DNA of 31,373 nucleotides, taken from NCBI GenBank assembly GCA_028717865.1, contig JAQUMZ010000001.1, positions 1 through 31,373 of the forward strand, given 5' to 3'. The notes under the pieces were generated by a model that was not told where the DNA came from, did no database searches, and worked only from the letters and a program-made list of their open reading frames with translations. Position 1 is the stretch's first letter. The number at the start of each line of letters is the position of its first letter. This DNA comes from Elusimicrobiota bacterium (GTDB lineage: Bacteria; Elusimicrobiota; Elusimicrobia; UBA1565; UBA9628). The position numbers were made by a program, and so were the translations under genes. Positions 20,240-27,926 of this stretch are shown here, in pieces.

Positions 20240-22404
20240 CAGTGGGAAATGACGTCCCAGGCTTCCTTCGCGGTGTCCACGATCCGGATGAGATTCAGGT
20301 CGCCGGGGCTGATGAGCCCCATTTCGGAAAAGGCCTGGAAATCCAGGATCTTTTTCCAATAATTTGCACCCACGAGAACTATCGGCCGGCGCTCCATCTT
20401 CCCCGTTTGCATCAGCGTCAATATTTCGAAGAGTTCGTCCATGGTGCCGAAGCCCCCCGGGAAGTAGACCAGGGCCATCGCTCCGTGGCGCAGGGCCATC
20501 TTCCGGGTGGGGAAGTTCTCGAACTCGAAGGAAAGACCGGGCGTGATGTAGCGGCCGAGGCCTTGCTCCTTGGGCAGGATTATGTTGAAGCCCACGCTCG
20601 GTCCGCCGGCCTCGAAAGCGCCTTGGTTCCCCGCCTGCATGATGCCGGAGTCGGCGCCGCCCGTCACCAGGGCGATCTTGCCTTCGCCGTTGATCGCGAC
20701 CAGCCGGCCCAGCTTGCGGGCTTCTTCATGGTAGCGGGACATGCGCAGATCGACTTTCGCCTGGGCCAATTCCTTGCGGCCGGCTTCCTGCGCCGGCTTC
20801 GAGCCCCATTTGCGCACCGCCGCCGCCAATGCCTCCTTGGCCGCTTCCGGGGTCTTGATGCGCGCGCTGCCGTAGATGGTGACCGTGGCTTTTATGCCGT
20901 GCTCGCGCAATATCCGGGCCGGTTCCTCGATCTCGCGCACGATGCGGTCCGTGTCCACGGCCGGAGCGCGCTTGATCGTGTTGGGAATGGGAAGGCGGGG
21001 CAAGAGGCTTTTGACCTGGTCCGCGATCCAGGAAACGGCTTCCACGGAGGCGTTCTTTCGGAACTTCGCCCAGATGCCGCGGGCGGTCTCGACCTTGCTT
21101 TGTCCGACCAGGTCGTCGATGCGCCGCAGGACCTGCTCGGCCTGGAAATGATGGCGGGCCTGGCTGGCCGGTGAATGCGGATCGCCGGGGGTCAGGCCGA
21201 GGCGGTTTACATGCCGTTCCACCTGGTTCAGGTTCCCCTGCCGCAGCAATATTTGCGCCCGGGTCAAATCGGAGCGCTTGGTGGGCTGTTCCCGCAGGGG
21301 CGAAAGCATGCGGGCAGGGGATATTTTTTTCCACAGGTCCTGGGACGAACGGTTGAATACGTTGACCTCGCCCGGCTTGGGCCCCAGGAATACGACCTGC
21401 GCCAAGGCTCGGCGCCTGGCCCCGGCCAGCGCCTGTTCCACCTGGACGGGCGTGAGCTCGGAATCGCCGGGCAGTTCGAAGACCGCGACGCCGCTGCCCA
21501 AGCCGTGGCGCTGTGCGTGCGCGAAAAGCTGGGTTTCGGCCGAGGTAAGGCGCGTGCGCAGGGTCGCGCGGTCCTTGCCGGTGAAATACTTGAGCTCGAC
21601 TAGCCGGTCGCCCATGACCAGGTCCGGGGTTTGGCCGCCTTCTTCTTCTATTAGGACCCGTATGTCGTTGGACAACAGCAAGAGCTTCTTGATGGCGCGA
21701 ATCTCGTGGGACTGCAGATTCGGTATCCGGTCCACGAGTTCGGGCCGGCCCGATACGTCTATGCCGGTGAAGGTCCCGCCCCGGGAGTCTCGGTACGTGT
21801 AGACCTGGTATGGGGCCATTTCCCCCACGTTTTGCAGGAGCCGGGCCCGCAAGACCGCGGAGTTCTTCTGCGCGGGGATCAGGCGCATGACGTCGGCGGC
21901 CGTGCGCACCGTGTCCACGGAAACGGATTGGACGCCCGGAGGCAGGCGGAGCGCGGGCGAGCCCGATTCCACGGCCGCGGCCGGGCCGGCGCCTTGGTCG
22001 AAGAAGCGCTGGGATAACCCCTCTGGGGCGGCCTTCTCCAGGCCGGCGGCCAAGTGTTCAAGCGAGCCGAGAGCGGGGGCGAGGCGGGCCGCGGCGGGGG
22101 CTTCGGTCTGCGGCTTGAGTATCGAAGCTGGGGGCGCGAGCTGCGTCCCGGGTTCTATCTGAGGAACCGCGATCGGGATGGCCGGGGGAGCCAACTGCGG
22201 CACGGCCAATTCCGGAGCCACGCGCGTTCCCGGGACCAGGGCCGAGCCGGTGAGCGCGGGCGCGTTGAGATTGCTGGTAAATACTGCTGAAGGAACGACC
22301 GTTATTTTGGGGACGTTGGTACGAGTCCGCGCGGCCGGGCCTGCCTCCAACGGAGAGGCCGTCAAGCCAGCCAGCAACGACACAAGCCATATCTTGTAAC
22401 GCAT
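20239..22404 (-). CDS. Signal peptide + Pro/Ala linker + PD-(D/E)XK (CdiA_C-like) nuclease-like domain + LOG/TIGR00730 nucleosidase domain
   Basis: C-terminus has TIYGSAR, LPKEQ and PGGFGTMDE (LOG). Middle has HE...TPDLVMGDRLVELK...AETQL. N-terminus MRYKIWLVSLLAGLTASPLEA. Confidence 0.8.
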   Translation of the reverse strand: MRYKIWLVSLLAGLTASPLEAGPAARTRTNVPKITVVPSAVFTSNLNAPALTGSALVPGTRVAPELAVPQLAPPAIPIAVPQIEPGTQLAPPASILKPQTEAPAAARLAPALGSLEHLAAGLEKAAPEGLSQRFFDQGAGPAAAVESGSPALRLPPGVQSVSVDTVRTAADVMRLIPAQKNSAVLRARLLQNVGEMAPYQVYTYRDSRGGTFTGIDVSGRPELVDRIPNLQSHEIRAIKKLLLLSNDIRVLIEEEGGQTPDLVMGDRLVELKYFTGKDRATLRTRLTSAETQLFAHAQRHGLGSGVAVFELPGDSELTPVQVEQALAGARRRALAQVVFLGPKPGEVNVFNRSSQDLWKKISPARMLSPLREQPTKRSDLTRAQILLRQGNLNQVERHVNRLGLTPGDPHSPASQARHHFQAEQVLRRIDDLVGQSKVETARGIWAKFRKNASVEAVSWIADQVKSLLPRLPIPNTIKRAPAVDTDRIVREIEEPARILREHGIKATVTIYGSARIKTPEAAKEALAAAVRKWGSKPAQEAGRKELAQAKVDLRMSRYHEEARKLGRLVAINGEGKIALVTGGADSGIMQAGNQGAFEAGGPSVGFNIILPKEQGLGRYITPGLSFEFENFPTRKMALRHGAMALVYFPGGFGTMDELFEILTLMQTGKMERRPIVLVGANYWKKILDFQAFSEMGLISPGDLNLIRIVDTAKEAWDVISH

Positions 22405-22528
22405 CGCCTAATGAGAGGATAAGCGCTCCCGTGGCCGGGCGGCTGGGCCATTTGGCGGCTTGGCGATGCGCGATGGACCCAAGCGCCGGTGGGCCCAGGG
22501 ACCCAGCGGCGCGGGCCGGATAATAAGA

Positions 22529-22534
22529 TATAAT
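22529..22534 (+). promoter_or_regulatory. -10 box (TATAAT) of the tRNA gene
   Basis: Perfect TATAAT 21 nt upstream of the mature tRNA 5' end. Confidence 0.6.
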
Positions 22535-22555
22535 CCTTATCCTTCGCGGACCATT

Positions 22556-22630
22556 GCGCTCTTAACACAATGGATAGTGTCCGAGCCTGCGAAGCTCGGT
22601 ATACAGGTTCGATTCCTGTAGAGCGCACCA
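22556..22630 (+). tRNA. tRNA-Arg (anticodon GCG), CCA encoded
   Basis: Cloverleaf: acceptor GCGCTCT/AGAGCGC, D ACAC/GTGT (GG then A20), anticodon stem CGAGC/GCTCG with loop CT-GCG-AA (22589-22591), T ACAGG-TTCGATT-CCTGT, then A-CCA. Confidence 0.97.
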
Positions 22631-22850
22631 CTTTCCCGACCCCAAGCCCGCGGCCGATAAGACGGGCTCGTCACGAAAGTTCGTAGGTCTAAAGGATAAA
22701 ATTTTATAGGCCGAAATACCTCCCGGCTTCTAAGCTTTTTGGCTTATGCGGATTCTTGCGTATCTGCGCTACAATCTCAATCCGCATGGAAATGGAAGAG
22801 CGTTTCTATGCCCTGACGGTGGTCCTGGCTTTCCCATGGGGGATGCAATT

Positions 22851-23927
22851 ATGAAAAAAAGCGTCCGGTTGTCCGTGATCGCTGGCAACGTTCTGGTAAT
22901 GGCAGTTGCGCTGCATGCTCAGGAATTCGACGTGCATGGGACCCTGAGCGCGGCCAGGAATCTGGCCAGCCGCCAAGCCGGCATGGCTGGTCAGCCGGTC
23001 GCAGATGCAGCGGACAAGGATTTCATCGCCAAAAGTTATATGAGCGGGATATTCCTCTCTGCGGACAAGCTGGCTCAGGCTTTCCAGCAGGCGGTCGGCT
23101 CATCGTTCAAGTCCTTTGCGGACCAGGGTTTGGTCAAGGTCGTGTCCGCCAAGCAGCGCAGCGCCACTTATCAAGTGGACTACCTGGTCAAGGCGGATAA
23201 CGACACCGAAACCGTGGGCGACGAGGATGTTTTCTATATTCCAAAATACGGGCTCTTCCGTACCCACAAGGACGCCCAAGACGCCATGGCCGCCAAGAAA
23301 GACGAGCTCAAGCCCAAATACAGGTCGGTCGATGGAACGATCGATACCAAGCCCGGGGAAGACGGCTACGTCGGCTACTTCTGCAAGATCGTGGCCTCGA
23401 ACAAGCATGAGGTGCTCGTAAAGAAGCCGAAAGTCTTCGATGCGGAAGATACGAAATACTTTGCTGACCTAACCGGCGCCGAAGTCTCCCAGATCGCCGG
23501 CAACCTGGCGGCTTTATTCAAGGAGCTGAAATTCCCCGTGCTGGGCATAACCAACGTCCGCAGTTGGAACGACACCTACGCCAACGGGTTTTCCGTGGCC
23601 TTTCTCACCCAAAACGATTATTACCGTAAACATGCCACCTTGGATTTGGTCTCTGATGGCGGGCACTCTTCTTTATATTGGGCGTCCTTGTTCGCATGCA
23701 ACGTCGAATCCGGATGGGCCTATTATGGCGGGTCCTGGGACGGGCATTATCATTCGCGCGAGGAAGCCCAGGCCGAGGCTGCCCGGATATTAGCCGCCAA
23801 GAAAGCCGAGGTGGCGGCCAAGGGCGGGCGGGTGCTCTTCGAGACTATCGCGCCTTACGGCAGCGACCGCTTGAGGGCAAGGGTCATATGGGTGGACCCC
23901 GGCAGCATCGCGCGCGCGGCGAAATAA
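22851..23927 (+). CDS. Secreted hypothetical protein
   Basis: Signal-like MKKSVRLSVIAGNVLVMAVALHA from ATG 22851; no family recognised; TACAAT at 22770-22775. Confidence 0.7.
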   Translation: MKKSVRLSVIAGNVLVMAVALHAQEFDVHGTLSAARNLASRQAGMAGQPVADAADKDFIAKSYMSGIFLSADKLAQAFQQAVGSSFKSFADQGLVKVVSAKQRSATYQVDYLVKADNDTETVGDEDVFYIPKYGLFRTHKDAQDAMAAKKDELKPKYRSVDGTIDTKPGEDGYVGYFCKIVASNKHEVLVKKPKVFDAEDTKYFADLTGAEVSQIAGNLAALFKELKFPVLGITNVRSWNDTYANGFSVAFLTQNDYYRKHATLDLVSDGGHSSLYWASLFACNVESGWAYYGGSWDGHYHSREEAQAEAARILAAKKAEVAAKGGRVLFETIAPYGSDRLRARVIWVDPGSIARAAK

Positions 23928-23967
23928 ACCAGGCTCATGCGCCAAGCCGGCCAGCGGTGGCGATAAT

Positions 23968-24966
23968 ATGGTCGTGAGAAGGCTGGCGACGTTTCTTGCG
24001 GCGATCGGACTGGCTGTTCCGGCGCGCGCCCTCGTGCCGGAGGATGCGGCCGCAGTCGCGCGGCAAGGCTTGGCCGCCGTGGGATTCCCCGTCTTCCAGC
24101 AGGGAGCCGCGGTCGCGGCTCTCCCGGGGCGGTCCGCGCTCGACTTGACCAAGGAGTTCCTGGACCGGCAGAGCCGCGGTGACGTGGACGGCGAACTGCT
24201 GACCCAGCTGCGCGGCTACAAGGTATTGTTCGTCCGCGGCTTCCTGACCGACGTCTACGACCGGCTGGGACTCGGGGCCTTCGGGGACCAACTCGCCTGG
24301 CTCAAGGCCGCCGGCGTGGACTGCGAGCTTGTCGGTTTCAACACCCAGGCCGGGCTGGCGCCCAACGCGGCCGCCATCGCCGCGGCCGCGGAGTCGGCCG
24401 CCAAGCCCGTGCTGGTAATCTCGCATAGCAAGGGTTCCCTCGACGTGCTGGAGGCGCTGCTATCCCATCCGGAGCGGACCAAGCGGATACAGGGCTGGAT
24501 ATCCATCCAGGGTCCTTTCCAGGGCAGCCCCATCGCGGATTGGATATTGTCCGGCCCGCGTCTGGACCCGCTCGCGGCCTGGCTGCTGGAGCTTTTGGGC
24601 GGCGGTCGGGAGGGGCTGGCCAGCCTATCCGTTTCCGAGCGCCGCGCTTACATGATCTCCCGGCGGCAAGATGTGGCCGCCGCGCTGCGCGGACGCGCCG
24701 TGCTGTGTTTCGGAAGCTGGAAGGACCCCGACCCGGGCTCCCGCTTGGATACGCTCCTGAAGCCCTCCCGGGATTGGATGTCGGGGCAGGGGCTCAAGAA
24801 CGACGGCTTGATCCCGGCCGACAGCGCTTTCCTGGACGGAGCCGCCCGCGTGAGCATCCCGGGCGTGGACCACGCCGCGCCGGTCATGAAGACGCTGCTG
24901 CCCCTCGACCGGGTGCTTTTCACCCGGACCCTGCTGGGACTGCTCCTGCTTCGGCTGCCCGGCTAA
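23968..24966 (+). CDS. Secreted alpha/beta hydrolase (lipase/esterase-like)
   Basis: Signal peptide, oxyanion VRGF, nucleophile SHSKG, NDGLIP acid, VDH His. Start may be GTG 23974. Confidence 0.8.
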   Translation: MVVRRLATFLAAIGLAVPARALVPEDAAAVARQGLAAVGFPVFQQGAAVAALPGRSALDLTKEFLDRQSRGDVDGELLTQLRGYKVLFVRGFLTDVYDRLGLGAFGDQLAWLKAAGVDCELVGFNTQAGLAPNAAAIAAAAESAAKPVLVISHSKGSLDVLEALLSHPERTKRIQGWISIQGPFQGSPIADWILSGPRLDPLAAWLLELLGGGREGLASLSVSERRAYMISRRQDVAAALRGRAVLCFGSWKDPDPGSRLDTLLKPSRDWMSGQGLKNDGLIPADSAFLDGAARVSIPGVDHAAPVMKTLLPLDRVLFTRTLLGLLLLRLPG

Positions 24967-25940
24967 TTCCGAACGCCGAGGAGCGCGTTCATGCTTTTCG
25001 CGTCGGTTCCGTTGATATATCTGCCGTCCGACAATTCCTTTCGGAACCGCTCCAGCACGACCGGGTTGGCGCCTATGCGGCCGTTGTTCCAGCGCAGCGG
25101 TCGGTCGGTCCAGTCCCAGTTGATGTAGCAGAACCCCTTGACCTGGGGATTGTCGCGCATGAACTTGAAATACGGAGCGAACCACCCGTCCCAGCTGGCC
25201 GCGCCGTCGAGCACGCCGACGCCCCGGGGCGTGGACTCGGTGATCATGACCGGGAAGCGGTGCGTCTTGGCGTCGCGCACGAAGGCCAAGGCGTCGGCGG
25301 CGGCGAAATGGCCGGCTCCGAACAGGTCTATGGCCCACCAGTCCACGTACTCGTCTCCCGGGTAGAAGTCCATGTAGTTCTTGTTTTGGCTGTCCGGCGT
25401 ATAGCACCAGACGGCCGCGACCCGGTCCAGTTTGTTCTTGCGCAAGGCCTGCACGATGCGTATCCAGGCTGCCTTGTAGGTCTCGGGCTGATACGCGTTC
25501 CATTCCCCGCTGAACTCGAAGCCGATGCGGACGAACGCCGGACAGTCGAGCGCGGCCAGGCCGTCGCAAAAGGCCTGGATCTTTTTGTCGACCTGCCCAG
25601 AGCGACCTCCCGCTCGAAGGGGATCTCCGGGTCGTCCCAGATCGTCATGCCCAGCCCGATCTGCGGGATCAGATAGGAGGGATATTTGGTCAGCTCCTTG
25701 CGCAGATCCTTAAAATAGGCCGAGGTGTCGCCTTGCAGGCTGAAGTAGGTCATATAGACCGCGGGCGGGTTCTCGCCCAGCAGCTTGAAATGCTCGGCGA
25801 AGGCCTCCGGGTCTTGCCCGGCGCCGTGCAGGACCCGGCCGGCCGCAGGGCTCCAGGCGCCGGCCGAAAAAAAGTCCCTCTTCCGCCCCCGCAGGCGCGA
25901 GGAGAAGCGATGCCGCCGCCGCCAAGAACAGCTTCTTCAT
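24963..25940 (-). pseudogene. Secreted GH26-family glycoside hydrolase split by two frameshifts (or sequencing indels)
   Basis: Three track ORFs join into one protein: signal peptide/RLEP, then (+1 at 25848-25850) AAGRVLHGAGQD...EREVALG, then (-1 near 25590) DKKI...VRIGFEFSGEWN...VAAVWC...FYPGDEYVDWWAIDLF...PVMITESTP. Confidence 0.85.
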
Positions 25941-26001
25941 CTTCCCTCCTGGTAAAAGTTCAAGAAATTATGCCACATTGTATCGGTCCAGGGAGAACGA
26001 C

Positions 26002-27906
26002 ATGACCACCCGCGCAATTTCGGTTTTTCTCATCTGCCTTCCGGTCTCAGCCTTCGCCGCACCCCCGGCCTACCGGCCCGACGCCAACGCTCCGCGCGCC
26101 TCCGTCCCCGAGCGCTACCGCTGGGACCTCTCCCCGTTCTTCGCCGACCAAGCGGCTTGGGAGAAGGGCTTCGCGCAGGCGCGGGGCCGGGTGGCAGGCT
26201 TGGCCCGGCACAAGGGCAAGCTCTCGACCCCCGAGGCCGTCAAGGCCGCCCTCGACGACTATTTTCAGGCCCGCCAGGCGGTAGGCCGGGTCGCCTCCTA
26301 CGCGAACCTGAGCGCCGACTCCGATGACGCCGCGCCCGAGGCGCAGTCCATGCAGCAGCGCGCCCTGGAACTGGGCGCCCAGTTCCGCTCCGAGACCGGC
26401 TTCATTCGCGGCGAGCTCCTGCGTCTGGAGACGGAGCCGGCGCAGCGGCTGCTGGCCGGCCCCGAGCTGTCGGGCTACCGCCTCTACATCGCGGACCTGC
26501 GCCGCCGGCGCCGGGCCCTGCTGGGCGATGAAGCGGAGAAGGTCCTGAGCCTGGCCGGGGACAACCTCTGGTCCGAGACCGACCTCAACGAGATACCCTC
26601 CGACGTCGAGCTGATTTACAAGGCGATCCAGAAGGACATGCAGCTGCCCAAGATCAAGGACGAGCGGGGCCGGCCGGTGCAGCTGACCCTGGGCAACTTC
26701 CCCAAGTACCGGGCCTCGCGCGACCGCCGCGTGCGGCGCGCCGCGGTCGACGGCCTTTTCGGCGCCCTGAAAAGCAACGAGGACATCCTGGCGGCCGCCC
26801 TCGGCGCCGAGGCCAAGCGCGACGTCTTCCTGGCGCGGGCCCGCGGCTATGCGCGCTCCGTGGACGCCTACCTGGACCGCCAGGACGTGCCGGCGGCGGT
26901 GGTGGAGAACCTCGCAGCCTCCGTGCGCCGGAATCTCGGGCCCCTGCACCGCTACCTGGCCCTGCGCAAGAAACTGCTGAAGGTCAAGGAGCTGCGCTAT
27001 CACGACCTCTACGCCCCGCTGGTGCCCTCGGCCGACGCCGACATCCCATTCGAGGCGGCCCTGCGCGAAGTGCGGCAGGCGATCGCGCCCATGGGTCCCG
27101 ACTACGCGGCCCGGCTCGACGGCCCCGAGATGCTGGGGCGGCGCATGGTGGACGTCTATCCCAACAAAGGCAAGGATTCCAGCGCCTTCTCCCATTCCTT
27201 GTGGGGCTTCCCGCCGTTCGTCGAGCTCAACTACATGGATCGCGTCGAGGACGTCTTCACCACGGCCCACGAGCTCGGCCATGCCATGCACAGCCTCATC
27301 AACAACAAGGCCAACGCCGATCCCGACGCCGGCTACTCCTCGCTGGCCGCCGAGACCGCCTCCACCTTCCAGGAGATGCTGCTGAGCCGGCAGCTGCTCA
27401 AGAGTTGCGGCAACGACCGGAAGATGAGGCTCTATCTGCTCAGCCAGCTGGCCGATCGCATCCGGGCGACGGTCTACCGGCAGACCCTCTTCACCGAGTT
27501 CGAGCTCAAGCTCCACGCCTTCGCCGAGAGCGGCGCGCCGATCACGGCCCAGCTGCTCAACGATACCTACGCCGGGCTGGCCAAGGCCTACTACGGTCCG
27601 GATTTCGCCCTCGGACCCGACGACGGCGTGGAATGGGCTTACGTGCCGCATTTCTATTGGAAGCACTACGTCTTCAGCTACGCTTGCGGGCTGGCCAGCG
27701 CCATCGCCTTGTCGGAGAAGATCGCCGCCGGAGACCCGGCGGCGCGCGACCGCTATTTGGCCATGCTGGCCCAGCCCCGGGAAGCGCATCCGGTCGAAGT
27801 GCTCAAGGCCGCCGGGGTGGATCTGACGTCGCCGGAGTCCATCGCGCCCGCGGCCCGCGCGCTCGACGCCGTGGCGGCCGAGATGGAGAAACTCTCCAGG
27901 CAATAG
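26002..27906 (+). CDS. pepF: Oligoendopeptidase F (M3B) with N-terminal signal peptide
   Basis: YRWDLS, DVYPNKGK, TTAHELGHAMHS zinc motif, AETAS, VPHFY; GGGAG SD before ATG 26002. Confidence 0.93.
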   Translation: MTTRAISVFLICLPVSAFAAPPAYRPDANAPRASVPERYRWDLSPFFADQAAWEKGFAQARGRVAGLARHKGKLSTPEAVKAALDDYFQARQAVGRVASYANLSADSDDAAPEAQSMQQRALELGAQFRSETGFIRGELLRLETEPAQRLLAGPELSGYRLYIADLRRRRRALLGDEAEKVLSLAGDNLWSETDLNEIPSDVELIYKAIQKDMQLPKIKDERGRPVQLTLGNFPKYRASRDRRVRRAAVDGLFGALKSNEDILAAALGAEAKRDVFLARARGYARSVDAYLDRQDVPAAVVENLAASVRRNLGPLHRYLALRKKLLKVKELRYHDLYAPLVPSADADIPFEAALREVRQAIAPMGPDYAARLDGPEMLGRRMVDVYPNKGKDSSAFSHSLWGFPPFVELNYMDRVEDVFTTAHELGHAMHSLINNKANADPDAGYSSLAAETASTFQEMLLSRQLLKSCGNDRKMRLYLLSQLADRIRATVYRQTLFTEFELKLHAFAESGAPITAQLLNDTYAGLAKAYYGPDFALGPDDGVEWAYVPHFYWKHYVFSYACGLASAIALSEKIAAGDPAARDRYLAMLAQPREAHPVEVLKAAGVDLTSPESIAPAARALDAVAAEMEKLSRQ

Positions 27907-27913
27907 AAATAAG

Positions 27914-27919
27914 TAAAAT
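27914..27919 (+). promoter_or_regulatory. -10 box (TAAAAT) 7 nt upstream of pcrA GTG
   Basis: TAAAAT-ATCCGTT-GTG. Confidence 0.55.
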
Positions 27920-27926
27920 ATCCGTT

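Noticed and set aside
22362-22631. 89-aa minus-strand ORF
   Set aside because: Antisense translation of the tRNA gene and promoter.
25866-25872. Phase-variable A7/T7 tract as cause of the GH26 frameshift
   Set aside because: The RLEP frame downstream of the tract still looks homologous, so the shift fits 25848-25850 better; a second indel would be needed regardless. Not fully excluded.
27201-27926. N-terminal extension of the helicase in the track ORF (973 aa)
   Set aside because: Out-of-frame overlap with pepF; homology and the -10 box place the start at GTG 27927.
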